Source: an uncultured Chloroflexota bacterium (lineage in GTDB: Bacteria > Chloroflexota > Dehalococcoidia > Lucifugimonadales > GCA-002694895). From it: DNA of 47,383 nt. The translations under genes and the position numbers were made by a program. Below, piece by piece: positions 28,853 through 38,775 of this stretch. Position 1 is the stretch's first letter. The number at the start of each line of letters is the position of its first letter. The stretch spans positions 1 through 47,383 of the forward strand of contig CATLOZ010000001.1 in NCBI GenBank assembly GCA_950054395.1, given 5' to 3'. The notes under the pieces are model-generated. The model worked only from the letters and a program-made list of their open reading frames with translations. It ran no database searches and was not told the DNA's origin.

Positions 28853-29848
28853 GTGAAAATATTAACAAACTTAGAGCTATTAATGAAAAATAATATAATT
28901 AGACCTTCCTTGATTCTTTTGAATCTATGTATAGTTTTAAATATAATCTCCTGTTCTACTATTGATGAAAACCAAATTCCATCAACTTCTATAACTACAA
29001 ATTCAATATATTTAAAGGGAACAGTTGAAGTTGATGGGTCGTCTACTCTTGCACCTCTTTCTGAAGCTGTTGCTGAAGAATTTAAAAAAACCTATTCTAA
29101 AGCTAATATTTTGGTAGGTATTTCAGGAACAGGAGGCGGATTTAAACGATTTGTTATTGGTGAAATAGATATTGCTGATGCATCACGAGCAATAAAAGAT
29201 AGTGAAATTAGTCAAGCTAAAGAAAATGGTATTGATTATGCAGAGCTAAGAGTAGGAATGGATGGATTGTCAGTAATGGTTAACCCAAATAATAATTTTG
29301 TTAATTGTTTAACACTTACTGAACTTAATTTAGTTTGGAAGCCTGGAAGTGCAGTTAATAATTGGAATCAACTACGTTCAACTTTTCCTAATAAAAAGAT
29401 GAGATTATATGGGCCTGGCACAGATTCTGGGACTTTTGGATTTTTTACAGAAATTATAAATGGTGAAGAAGGGGCAAGCCGAGATGATTATACGGCTTCA
29501 GAGGATGATAATGTTTTAGTACAAGGTATAGCTGGTGATAATTATGCATTAGGATATTTTGGTTATGCTTATTATCTTTCAAACAAAGATAAATTAAAAG
29601 TTCTTGGTATAGATAAAGAAGATGGTAATGGTTGTATCATTCCTGATTTCAGTACGATTGATTCAGATTTATATCCAATAACAAGGCCTCTTTATATATA
29701 TGTAAATAAATTTTCTTATAATACAAAGCCTGTGGTAAAAGAATTTGTAAAATTTTATATGGAACAGGCTGCAAAATTAATTACTGAAATTGGTTACGTC
29801 CCTGTTAAAGATGAAGAGTACAAAAGCAATCTAGATAAAGTTAGATGA
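28853..29848 (+). CDS. pstS: Phosphate ABC transporter substrate-binding lipoprotein PstS
   Basis: VDGSSTLAPL, GTGGGFKRF and GPGTDSGTFGFFTE motifs; lipobox IISC. The start is GTG at 28853, or the in-frame ATG at 28883. Confidence 0.85.
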   Translation: MKILTNLELLMKNNIIRPSLILLNLCIVLNIISCSTIDENQIPSTSITTNSIYLKGTVEVDGSSTLAPLSEAVAEEFKKTYSKANILVGISGTGGGFKRFVIGEIDIADASRAIKDSEISQAKENGIDYAELRVGMDGLSVMVNPNNNFVNCLTLTELNLVWKPGSAVNNWNQLRSTFPNKKMRLYGPGTDSGTFGFFTEIINGEEGASRDDYTASEDDNVLVQGIAGDNYALGYFGYAYYLSNKDKLKVLGIDKEDGNGCIIPDFSTIDSDLYPITRPLYIYVNKFSYNTKPVVKEFVKFYMEQAAKLITEIGYVPVKDEEYKSNLDKVR

Positions 29849-30101
29849 AAATAATATTTATTTTAGTTAAACAAAATATATTGACTACAGTAACTAATTT
29901 AATAAAAAATGAGTTATTTGTTTAACATGAGCTTAGGTACCTTCTTAAGTTTTTATTAGATCACTCATATTAAACAAATAAAATGAAAAATAATAATGTG
30001 AAATAATATTCTATTCCGATCGTTGCGTTTGTGAAAATTTACATTTGTTTATTATTGCTTTACTATATATTTAAATATAGTAACTATACTTAAATAATAA
30101 T

Positions 30102-31025
30102 ATGAACTTGAATAATTCTGTATTTGATGCTAAACGTGGGCATAGATTAAGAACCAAAATTGAAGGTAGAGTAGTATATTTATTTGTAGGTATTTGTGCA
30201 TTTATAACTCTTGTTGTTACTTTTGCAATAATATGGAATTTGGTTCAACAATCAATTGGATTTTTTACTCAGGTCTCTATAATAGAATTTTTTACAGAAA
30301 AAAGATGGTCTCCTATTTTAATCCCTAAATCTTTTGGAATTGCGCCATTGGTTGCCGGTACTTTTTTAGTAACTGTTATTTCATCTTTTGTTGCTGTTCC
30401 AATAGGTTTGGCTGTAGCAATATTTTCAGCCGAATATGCTCCAGATACTGTACGTAAGATACTAAGGCCTATATTAGAAGTATTAGCAGGAATTCCAACA
30501 GTTGTATATGGATATTTTGCTTTAACTTTTGTAACCCCATTACTTAAGATAATTTTTCCAGAGATGATAATTTTCAATGCTTTGAGCGCTGGTTTGGTGA
30601 TGGGAATTATGATAATCCCATTTGTTTCTTCTTTAACTGAAGATGCTTTAATAGCTGTACCAAATTCATTAAGGCAAGCTTCTTATGCATTAGGCGCAAC
30701 CAGATTTGAAACTTCTATAAAAGTTGTTGTACCAGCTGCATTATCAGGTATTGTAGCTGCATTTGTATTAGGACTTTCTAGGGCCATCGGGGAAACTATG
30801 TTAGTAACAATAGCTGCCGGTGCAACTCCAAAATTAACTTTTAATCCAATAGAAAGTATTCAGACTATGACAGCATATATTGTACAACTTGCTTTAGGTG
30901 AAGCTGCTAATGGAAGTATTGAGTATCAATCGATTTATGCAGTAGCGATTTTATTATTTGTCATGACTTTTTCAATGAATACGTTAGGGCATTGGATTGT
31001 AAAGAGATGGCGAAATGTCTATTGA
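30102..31025 (+). CDS. pstC: Phosphate ABC transporter permease PstC
   Basis: 6-TM permease with the EAA-like loop [16 protein letters not shown]; 307 aa. Confidence 0.9.
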   Translation: MNLNNSVFDAKRGHRLRTKIEGRVVYLFVGICAFITLVVTFAIIWNLVQQSIGFFTQVSIIEFFTEKRWSPILIPKSFGIAPLVAGTFLVTVISSFVAVPIGLAVAIFSAEYAPDTVRKILRPILEVLAGIPTVVYGYFALTFVTPLLKIIFPEMIIFNALSAGLVMGIMIIPFVSSLTEDALIAVPNSLRQASYALGATRFETSIKVVVPAALSGIVAAFVLGLSRAIGETMLVTIAAGATPKLTFNPIESIQTMTAYIVQLALGEAANGSIEYQSIYAVAILLFVMTFSMNTLGHWIVKRWRNVY

Positions 31026-31896
31026 TTTTAAACTTAATCAAAATAATTTAAGCAGAAGAAAGTTTATCGGAATTATATTTCTTGCTTTTTGTTTGTTAGG
31101 AGTTTTAGTAGCAATGATGGGATTGATTAGTTTATTAATTCAGGTAATTTTACAAGGGTATGAATGGGTGACTCCAAATTTAATATTTAATTATCCTTCA
31201 AGGCATCCAGAGCAAGCAGGATTATGGGCAGCTTTGATAGGAACTTTATATATGATGGGATTAACTGCTCTAATAACTGTGCCGACGGGGGTTGGTGCGG
31301 CTATTTATTTAGAAGAATATGCTCCTAAAAATTGGATAACAAGTTTTATTGAAATAAATACATCAAATTTAGCCGGAGTACCATCCATAGTTTATGGATT
31401 ACTTGGATTATCAATATTTGTATATTTTTTAAAATTGGAAAGAAGTATTTTAGCAGGCTCATTAACAATGTCACTTTTAATATTACCAGTACTCATATTA
31501 GCTTCCAGGGAGGCAATTAAAGCTGTACCAAGGGCACACAGGGAAGCAGCATTTGCTTTAGGAGGAGATAAATGGCAGGTGGTTAAAATGGCAGTATTAC
31601 CTAATGCATTTCCAGGCATATTAACTGGAGTGATATTAGCATTATCGAGAGCTATAGGTGAAGCTGCTCCTATGGTGGCAATAACTGCTTTAGTATATAT
31701 TACTTTTATACCTGTAACTCCAATGGACAGATTTACAGTTATGCCAATTCAGATTTTTAATTGGATATCAAGGCCGCAAGATGACTTTAGAGGTTTAGCA
31801 GCCGGGGGTATTATTGTTCTTTTAATTTTACTTTTATCTATGAATTCAGTTGCTGTGATTTTACGAAATAAATTTCAAAAAAGATCTGAGGAATAA
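31015..31896 (+). CDS. pstA: Phosphate ABC transporter permease PstA
   Basis: EAA-like loop [14 protein letters not shown]; 293 aa. Overlaps pstC by 11 nt. Confidence 0.9.
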   Translation: MSIDFKLNQNNLSRRKFIGIIFLAFCLLGVLVAMMGLISLLIQVILQGYEWVTPNLIFNYPSRHPEQAGLWAALIGTLYMMGLTALITVPTGVGAAIYLEEYAPKNWITSFIEINTSNLAGVPSIVYGLLGLSIFVYFLKLERSILAGSLTMSLLILPVLILASREAIKAVPRAHREAAFALGGDKWQVVKMAVLPNAFPGILTGVILALSRAIGEAAPMVAITALVYITFIPVTPMDRFTVMPIQIFNWISRPQDDFRGLAAGGIIVLLILLLSMNSVAVILRNKFQKRSEE

Positions 31897-31910
31897 TTTA
31901 AAGGAATTTT

Positions 31911-32702
31911 ATGATATTGAATAATGAGCAAAATAAATCAAATATTATTTTGAGAGTAAAAAATCTTTCATTTTACTATGGAGCTTTTCAGGCTTTGAAA
32001 AATATTTCTCTGGATATAGAAGCAAATAAAGTAACAGCTATAATTGGCCCATCCGGATGTGGAAAAAGTACTTTGTTAAGATGTTTTAATAGAATGAATG
32101 ATTTGTTTTCAAAATCTAAATTAGAAGGACAAATTATATTTGATGATTTAGATATATATTCACAATCAATTGATCCTGTTTTGATAAGATCTAAAATTGG
32201 TATGGTTTTTCAAAAACCTAACCCGTTTCCTAAATCTATTTATGATAATGTTGCTTTCGGCTTACGTATAAATGGATTTGCAGGTAATTATGATGAAGAA
32301 ATTGAAAGAGCTTTAATACAATCAGCACTTTGGGATGAAGTAAAAGATAGATTGAAAGATAATGCATATTCATTATCAGGAGGGCAACAGCAAAGATTAT
32401 GCATTGCACGAGCCCTTGCTATAAGACCTGATGTAATTTTATTAGATGAGCCAACTTCTGCATTAGATCCAATAGGTACAGTTAAAATTGAAGATCTTGT
32501 TAATGTATTGAAAAATGATTATACAATTATTATTGTTACACATAATATGCAACAAGCAGCAAGAGTTTCAGATAAAACAGCTTTTCTTCTTTCAGGGGAA
32601 GACAGGTGTGGTATTTTAATTGAATATGATTATACAAAAAATATATTTTCTAATCCAAAAATGAAAGAAACTGAAGATTATATAACAGGTAGATTTAGTT
32701 AG
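31911..32702 (+). CDS. pstB: Phosphate ABC transporter ATP-binding protein PstB
   Basis: [33 protein letters not shown], and the PstB-typical C-terminus YITGRFS. Confidence 0.95.
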   Translation: MILNNEQNKSNIILRVKNLSFYYGAFQALKNISLDIEANKVTAIIGPSGCGKSTLLRCFNRMNDLFSKSKLEGQIIFDDLDIYSQSIDPVLIRSKIGMVFQKPNPFPKSIYDNVAFGLRINGFAGNYDEEIERALIQSALWDEVKDRLKDNAYSLSGGQQQRLCIARALAIRPDVILLDEPTSALDPIGTVKIEDLVNVLKNDYTIIIVTHNMQQAARVSDKTAFLLSGEDRCGILIEYDYTKNIFSNPKMKETEDYITGRFS

Positions 32703-32728
32703 TTATAATATTATTAAAGGATATTATT

Positions 32729-33382
32729 ATGCCTAGAGAAGAATTTGATAAAGCTTTAGAAGAATTGCAAATTAATATTAATGCAGTTGAAAAAACTGTT
32801 AAAATAATGATAAATGGTTCAATTGAGGCACTTAATACTAGGAATATTGATTTGTCTAACAAGATTATTGACATGGATGATATTGTAGATAAATATAAAG
32901 ATGAAATAGAAACCAAAGCTATTTTTTTAATTGCAAGTGAGCAACCTGTTGCTACTGATCTGAGAAAAATTATAACAATAATGAGAGTTATAATGGAACT
33001 TGAAAGAATGGCTGATTATGCTGAAGGGATAGCTAAAATTAATATTAGAATTGGTGACGTAGATCTTATTAAACCATTAATAGATATACCTGCCATGGCT
33101 GAACGTTCAATAGAAATGTTATCTTTGTGTTTAAAAGGATATAGGGAATCAAATGTTAAGATAGCAGAAAAAGTTTGTGATATGGATGATGAGATGGATG
33201 CTTTAAAAGACAGGATAATTAATGAACTTATGCAGATTATTATGAGAGATCCTTCAACTTCAAGACAAGCAACATTTTTAATATTCATAGCTCATAATTT
33301 AGAAAGAATTGCAGACAGATCAACAAATATTGCAGAAGACACAATATTTTTAGTTACAGGATCATCAAGAGAATTAAATTAA
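32729..33382 (+). CDS. phoU: Phosphate signalling complex protein PhoU
   Basis: Two PhoU repeats with ERMADYAEGIA and LERIADRSTNIAED; 217 aa. Confidence 0.9.
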   Translation: MPREEFDKALEELQININAVEKTVKIMINGSIEALNTRNIDLSNKIIDMDDIVDKYKDEIETKAIFLIASEQPVATDLRKIITIMRVIMELERMADYAEGIAKINIRIGDVDLIKPLIDIPAMAERSIEMLSLCLKGYRESNVKIAEKVCDMDDEMDALKDRIINELMQIIMRDPSTSRQATFLIFIAHNLERIADRSTNIAEDTIFLVTGSSRELN

Positions 33383-33402
33383 AATAAACAAAAGAAGAAT
33401 GT

Positions 33403-33693
33403 ATGTACGGTACTATATTTAATTTAAATGTTAAAAGCGGTCACAAGGAAAAACTTATAGAAGTAATGAAAAACCAAGCAAGAAATCCTGAAGGAATGAT
33501 TGCATGGTTTTTAATGAATCCTGATGATGATGAAGATTTAATCGGTGTTGCGGTATTTGAAAATAAAGATGCTCATTTAGCAAATGCTACTAATCCTGAT
33601 CAACATGAGTATTTTGTGGCAATTATGGAGCATTTAAATTCTGAGCCGACATGGACGGACGGAGAGTATGTAGCCGGACAGATAGTAACGTAA
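33403..33693 (+). CDS. Small ABM-like (dimeric alpha/beta-barrel) protein, function unknown
   Basis: 96 aa. The pattern LIGVAVFENKDAHLAN...F is compatible with the antibiotic-biosynthesis-monooxygenase fold. Weak call, made by eye only. Confidence 0.4.
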   Translation: MYGTIFNLNVKSGHKEKLIEVMKNQARNPEGMIAWFLMNPDDDEDLIGVAVFENKDAHLANATNPDQHEYFVAIMEHLNSEPTWTDGEYVAGQIVT

Positions 33694-33863
33694 TTTTTTC
33701 TCAAACTTCAGTTAATGTATAACTTAGCACTGAGCAGGTAATATATTAATGTTAATAAGTTTTGTTGATTCATATTATTATTTAATGGTTGTGAGTACAT
33801 TTGAGCAATTTTAGTCCAATTAAAGAATATAATTACAAAATTGAAATAATAAGAAGAATTTGC

Positions 33864-33889
33864 AAATAGATAATAATCTATTTTTTCTT
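33864..33889 (+). terminator. Weak hairpin plus T-run in the convergent intergenic region
   Basis: AAATAGAT-AATA-ATCTATTT followed by TTTCTT. The stem is 8 bp and AT-rich. It lies about 170 nt after the ABM-like gene and 15 nt beyond the Fe-ADH stop on the other strand. Confidence 0.3.
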
Positions 33890-33903
33890 AGTCATTAATT
33901 AAA

Positions 33904-35190
33904 TTATAGAATCCAGGTATCATCCAAGCTTTTTATGAATAATTTTTTTAGATCATCTCCATTTACTTCAATTGGACTTAATTTTATTACCCTGTGTTGA
34001 GGCAATGTAACTTTTACCAATTCGTCTATATCTGATTCTTTGTAACCTAAGTCTGATAATTTAGTTGGCATACTAATTGAACTCATAATATCTTTTATTG
34101 CTCTTGGCAGCATGGTGTGCACATTATTTTCATCAACATCTGAAATCCCTAGAGCTTTCGTTACATCTACGTGTCTTTTAGGATCGCTTTTTGAAGTAAA
34201 ATTAAATATAGCTGGCGCTGTGATCGCTACAGATAATCCGTGAGGTATAAGAGGATGATTTTCAGGGTAATCATTTAGGAAAAATTCTTTTACATTACCA
34301 GATATGGCATATGACATACCGTGACATAAATGACAACCAGCATTTCCAAATCCTATTCCCGCATATGTAGCTGCTAGTAACATTTGAGATTTTGCTTCAT
34401 GGTTATCTGGATCATTTACTGCATTATAAATATTTTCAGCCACCATTTTTATTGCAGTTAAAGACCATATATCACTTATTGGATTTGATCCCTGATATGA
34501 TGGGCGTAATCCAGGGTTTTCAGGTTTATTTCTTGAGTGAAATGGAATAGCAGTATATGATTCAAGCCCATGACATAACACGTCTAAGCCACTACAAGCC
34601 ACTATATTGGGTGGTATATTTCTAACATTTTCAGGATCTATTAAACCTATTAAAGGTCTTAATTCTCTATGTGCAATCGCTGTTTTTGCGTTCATTTCTT
34701 CATAATCGAATACTGCAGTCCCAGTTGTTTCACTTCCAGTGCCTGTTGTTGTAGGAATAGCAATCATTGGTTTAAGCTTTCCTGGTACTAGCTTACCTTT
34801 TCCTATTGGAGCATTAACATAAGTCATAAAATCTGCAGGATACGTGGAATAAAGATTAGCTGCTTTTGCTGTATCTATACTAGATCCGCCACCTACACCA
34901 ACAAAGCCGTCTATATTATTTGTTATAGCAAATAATATAGCTTTTTTAAACGAGGAGTCTGTAGGTTCAACACTTACATCTGCAAATAGAATAGGATTAA
35001 GATTATTCTGTTCTATTGATTTTATAGTTTTTTCGACACTTACATGATCAATTAACTTTTTATCAGTGATGATCATTATATTATTACAATTTAATTTCTT
35101 AAATTCCCATCCAACTTCTTCAGTAACTCCATTTCCAAATTTTATGGTGGATGAGTCTATTGTAAATGCTGTTTCTTTCAAGTTATTCAT
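33904..35190 (-). CDS. Iron-containing alcohol dehydrogenase (hydroxyacid-oxoacid transhydrogenase-like)
   Basis: GVGGGSSIDTAKAA, PTTTGTGSE and His-rich metal site (CHGLE, HLCHGMSY, PHGLS) motifs. I trimmed the start to the ATG at 35190, because the ORF-track ATG at 35220 lies inside a perfect 20-bp hairpin. Confidence 0.85.
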   Translation of the reverse strand: MNNLKETAFTIDSSTIKFGNGVTEEVGWEFKKLNCNNIMIITDKKLIDHVSVEKTIKSIEQNNLNPILFADVSVEPTDSSFKKAILFAITNNIDGFVGVGGGSSIDTAKAANLYSTYPADFMTYVNAPIGKGKLVPGKLKPMIAIPTTTGTGSETTGTAVFDYEEMNAKTAIAHRELRPLIGLIDPENVRNIPPNIVACSGLDVLCHGLESYTAIPFHSRNKPENPGLRPSYQGSNPISDIWSLTAIKMVAENIYNAVNDPDNHEAKSQMLLAATYAGIGFGNAGCHLCHGMSYAISGNVKEFFLNDYPENHPLIPHGLSVAITAPAIFNFTSKSDPKRHVDVTKALGISDVDENNVHTMLPRAIKDIMSSISMPTKLSDLGYKESDIDELVKVTLPQHRVIKLSPIEVNGDDLKKLFIKSLDDTWIL

Positions 35191-35204
35191 ATTGAATTTA
35201 ATAT

Positions 35205-35250
35205 AATAACAAAAATCCATGTTTGTATATAAACATGGATTTTTGTTATT
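35205..35250 (-). terminator. Perfect 20-bp stem / 6-nt loop hairpin between the small repeat-protein gene and the Fe-ADH gene
   Basis: AATAACAAAAATCCATGTTT-GTATAT-AAACATGGATTTTTGTTATT, read directly. It lies 25 nt downstream of the stop at 35275 and 15 nt upstream of the ADH ATG. Confidence 0.6.
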
Positions 35251-35274
35251 TGTATTAAAATAGTTAGAAAATTA

Positions 35275-35499
35275 TTATTTTTTCCAAGCCATTTGTGAAC
35301 GGGAAACATCACCGTTTCCGTCGATATAATATAAATATCCAGATTCTCTGGATATATTTGCGTCAGCTACTTTTTCAGCGCCACCGCCAGGTTTTCCGCC
35401 AGAGGCCATTTTGGTTCTCCAAACATTACCGTCTTTACCTAGATAATAAAAATATCCAGATTCTTTTTTTACACCTGTACTTTCTACGACTTCTGCCAT
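35275..35499 (-). CDS. Small (74 aa) hypothetical protein made of two copies of a roughly 23-aa repeat (ESGY[FL]YY..[KN]GxV.R..MA)
   Basis: The internal duplication is visible at both protein and DNA level. GGAGG lies 5 nt before the ATG at 35499; the ORF-track ATG at 35511 is part of that SD (ATGGAGG). GC is noticeably higher than in flanking DNA, and a strong hairpin follows the gene. Confidence 0.6.
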   Translation of the reverse strand: MAEVVESTGVKKESGYFYYLGKDGNVWRTKMASGGKPGGGAEKVADANISRESGYLYYIDGNGDVSRSQMAWKK

Positions 35500-35656
35500 A
35501 TTTTCCTCCATAATTTAGAACTAGGAAATATAGTAATAAATAACCATAATATATGATTATTTCTATAATACACTATCTTCCTTCAGTACGCAAACTTTTT
35601 ATATGAAGAGAAAAGTACAGTTGTATTTTTCATGATAATTAAGATATACTTTTATA

Positions 35657-35908
35657 GTGTTTTGTCCTCAGTGTAGAAGTCAAGAAATTATTAATAGGGA
35701 TATAACCCCAATTTATGAATGTTCTGATTGTGGTTATATGTTTAATGTGGATAATTTTACCCTTTATGAAGAAAATGTAAAAAATATTCCTGAAAAAAAG
35801 AAATCATTTTCTATATCAAAGCTTTTTTTTGATAAAAATGATTTTATTAGCAGTATTATTCTCATTTTAATTGTTATTTCCCCATTTATTTTGAGTTTAT
35901 TAATGTAA
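35657..35908 (+). CDS. Small zinc-ribbon protein with a C-terminal transmembrane anchor
   Basis: CPQC...17 aa...CSDC four-Cys ribbon, a Lys-rich linker, and a C-terminal hydrophobic helix FISSIILILIVISPFILSLLM. GTG start. No homology recognised. Confidence 0.45.
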   Translation: MFCPQCRSQEIINRDITPIYECSDCGYMFNVDNFTLYEENVKNIPEKKKSFSISKLFFDKNDFISSIILILIVISPFILSLLM

Positions 35909-36042
35909 TTTGAAGTTGGATTTGAATTTTTTTAAAAATTTAGATTATAATATTTGTTCATTATATTATTTATAATTGTAGGTCTTAATTTATGTATTTA
36001 ATTTACCTAAGAATTAAATCAAAACTTTTGTAGGTATATACA

Positions 36043-36762
36043 TTGCAGAAATATGCATTACTTGATATTGGAAATACAAATGTTAAATTAGCATTTGTAG
36101 ATAATGGATTGATTCAAAATAAAATTATATTTGAAACTAAAAAATTTAAAGAAAAATTTGATGATTTAAATTTAAATTATATTTCTCATTTATTTATTTC
36201 ATCAGTAGTTCCTGAATTAAATCAGTATTTTAATAATATGAAAATTTCTGTTCATTTTGTTAATTCTGAAAACATTTCCAATATAAAAATTGGTTTGAAT
36301 AATCCAAGTGAATTAGGTGCGGATTTAATAATTAATGCATCAGCGGCTTATGATTTGACTCAACAAAGAAATTTGGTTATAGATCATGGAACTGCTTTAA
36401 CATTTTGTCATATAGATGATAGAGGCAAATATTTGGGTTGTTTAATTTTTCCTGGGAATCATATTGCAAGTCAATCCTTAGCTCAATTTACTTCAAAGTT
36501 AAATTATTTTGAAATGAAAGATACAAATAAATTATACGGAACTAATACTGAAGAAGCGATTGGTACAGGATTATTTAAAGGATATATTCATTTAATTAAC
36601 GGTTTTATAAAAGAATTTAAAGATAATTATAAAGACATAAAAGTTATTGGAACTGGTAATGGAGTAAAAGTATTTGCAGAATATTTAAATTTAGATATTT
36701 ATGAAGAAGATTTAACATTTCGAGGATTAAATTTATTTGCTCAAACTATTTTAACTAATTAA
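36043..36762 (+). CDS. coaX: Type III pantothenate kinase
   Basis: LLDIGNTNVKLA and IDHGTALTF ASKHA motifs; 239 aa. TTG start. Confidence 0.85.
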   Translation: MQKYALLDIGNTNVKLAFVDNGLIQNKIIFETKKFKEKFDDLNLNYISHLFISSVVPELNQYFNNMKISVHFVNSENISNIKIGLNNPSELGADLIINASAAYDLTQQRNLVIDHGTALTFCHIDDRGKYLGCLIFPGNHIASQSLAQFTSKLNYFEMKDTNKLYGTNTEEAIGTGLFKGYIHLINGFIKEFKDNYKDIKVIGTGNGVKVFAEYLNLDIYEEDLTFRGLNLFAQTILTN

Positions 36763-38242
36763 TATTTGCAGAGGCATGTTTGCCAGCTTTTTTCCCGAAA
36801 ACAGCTCCAGCCATCATACCACCACCTGAAGGATAATTGTTATACCATAGCCCGCCTAACATTTCTCCTACGGCATATATTCCATTTATAATATCTCCAT
36901 TTTTATTTATTAATTCTCCATTTATAGTAGTTTTTAATCCTCCATAACAAAATGTCATACCGCAAATAACTGGATATGCCAAATAAGGAGGATTATTTAA
37001 AGGTAGCGCCCAATTAGATCTTAAAGGATATATATTTTTAATACTTTTACCATCTAATTTAAGTGGATTATAATTACCAGGCTGAACTGCTTTATTGAAT
37101 TTATTAATATTGTTAATAAATTTTTTTTTATTTTTTATTTTTATTTGATTTGCAAGATCAATTAAAGTTTCAGAACTATATTTTGTTGGTTTTTTATATT
37201 TTCTGAGTACACCGGCTTGAATATGTTTTGAATCAAATAATTGAAAGGCTATATTATTTTCTTGTTCTAATATTGCTTTTCCGGTTTTAGCGTATGTAAG
37301 CCCTCTCCAAGTTTCTCCTTCATCTATAAATCTATCTCCATTTATATTAATCATTACGCTGAAAGGATAAGCATATCTGCTCCAATAATCTCCAGATTTA
37401 TTGTGGCCTGGCAAATCATAATCGGGTCTATTTATATCTTGCGGTGATGCATGACAGGTAGACCAGTTATCATAAGGAATTGCGCCGTGAGAAATAGCCA
37501 TTTCTAATCCTTCTCCTGTATTATGCGGAATGCCTCTTAATTTAACGTTTCTCCATTTTTCACCAAGATATTTTGCTCGCATTTTAGAATTTGATTCAAA
37601 ACTACCACAGGCTAAGATAATTGAATTTGCATAGTAAATTTTATTTCCATTATTAGTTTTTGTTATAACTCCAGATATTTTGTCATTATTGTTTTTTACC
37701 AGATCTATAACATGGTGATTGTATTTAATATCAATTCTCTTTTTTAAAGCTATCTTTTTCCATCTTTGTATTAATCCATATCCTTTTCCGTTAAACGAAA
37801 CAACATTTGCAGAAGTGGGATTGTCAAAGGTCGGAGACCACAAATGGCCCAGTTTATTCATCCATTTAATTGTTGGTAAGGAATTTATTACTAATTCCTT
37901 AGATAAAATTTGATCTGATTTTCCATTTGTGACATCCATGATATCTTTTAAATAATCAGATTCTGTATATTCTGTTACCGCTTCCTGTAGTTCTTGTAAT
38001 TTTTGAGTATAAAGTTTGTTATAAGTTAGTTTTTTATCTTTCACCAGAGACAAGAGATCTGAGAAAGAATTATAAGTAAATCTCATATGTATTGTCAGTG
38101 CGCTGTTACCCCCCATATATTCCTCGGATACTTTTTCTAGCATTAATACTTTTGCTCCATTTTCACTAGCAGATACTGCCGCCGCAAATCCTGCGTTGCC
38201 GGTGCCTACTATTATTACATCTGCATAATTTGTGTCTGACAT
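36755..38242 (-). CDS. FAD-binding dehydrogenase, TcuA (tricarballylate dehydrogenase)-like / fumarate-reductase flavoprotein superfamily
   Basis: DVIIVGTGNAGFAAAVSASENGAKVLMLEK dinucleotide fold; GGNS; ACGSFESN; GDRFIDEGE; C-terminal YAVGEMLGG. The blocks are collinear with TcuA as I remember it. Confidence 0.7.
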   Translation of the reverse strand: MSDTNYADVIIVGTGNAGFAAAVSASENGAKVLMLEKVSEEYMGGNSALTIHMRFTYNSFSDLLSLVKDKKLTYNKLYTQKLQELQEAVTEYTESDYLKDIMDVTNGKSDQILSKELVINSLPTIKWMNKLGHLWSPTFDNPTSANVVSFNGKGYGLIQRWKKIALKKRIDIKYNHHVIDLVKNNNDKISGVITKTNNGNKIYYANSIILACGSFESNSKMRAKYLGEKWRNVKLRGIPHNTGEGLEMAISHGAIPYDNWSTCHASPQDINRPDYDLPGHNKSGDYWSRYAYPFSVMININGDRFIDEGETWRGLTYAKTGKAILEQENNIAFQLFDSKHIQAGVLRKYKKPTKYSSETLIDLANQIKIKNKKKFINNINKFNKAVQPGNYNPLKLDGKSIKNIYPLRSNWALPLNNPPYLAYPVICGMTFCYGGLKTTINGELINKNGDIINGIYAVGEMLGGLWYNNYPSGGGMMAGAVFGKKAGKHASANIN

Positions 38243-38311
38243 ATGTTTTTTATTTCTTGTAAAGATTTAATGTTATACAATCAGTTTTATTTACTCAACT
38301 TTAATATTTAT

Positions 38312-38695
38312 ATGTATTTATTTGTATATGGAACTTTATTGTCTACTGAATATAACCATCAAACAATAAAAGATTCAAAATTAATTGATGAAGCTTGTAT
38401 TTATGGGAAATTGTTTGATATTGGTAATTACCCTGCATTAAAGGAGGGTAAAAATATTATTATTGGTGAATTATATGATATTGATGATTCAATATTGAAA
38501 AGCTGTGATCAACTTGAAGGATATAATAATGATGATCCGGAAAATTCTCTTTACGTTCGAAAATTAATTACTGTTTTTATGGATAAAAAAGAATTATGTG
38601 CATATGTGTATTATTGTAATTTTGATACGAGTAATTACAAAGAAATTGAATCAGGGAATTATAAAGAATATATGAATGAACAAAGAAAAAAATAA
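38312..38695 (+). CDS. Gamma-glutamylcyclotransferase (GGCT/AIG2-like) family protein
   Basis: MYLFVYGTLLS...YPAL...GELYDI...LEGY pattern. I trimmed the start to the ATG at 38312; the ORF-track start at 38243 would abut the divergent gene with no promoter space. Confidence 0.75.
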   Translation: MYLFVYGTLLSTEYNHQTIKDSKLIDEACIYGKLFDIGNYPALKEGKNIIIGELYDIDDSILKSCDQLEGYNNDDPENSLYVRKLITVFMDKKELCAYVYYCNFDTSNYKEIESGNYKEYMNEQRKK

Positions 38696-38775
38696 TTTAT
38701 TTAGTAATTGATTACTTTATATATATTTAAACTTTATTAATATAGAATGATTTTTTACTATATTGAAAATTAATT

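Noticed and set aside
38243-38311. N-terminal extensions suggested by the ORF track for the GGCT-like gene (38243). The same applies to the enolase-family gene (42049), the Fe-ADH gene (35220), aapJ (46238) and the small repeat protein (35511).
   Set aside because: The extensions are non-conserved and low-complexity. They either overlap the neighbouring gene, lie inside a hairpin, or consist of an ATGGAGG in which the GGAGG is the SD for the next in-frame ATG.
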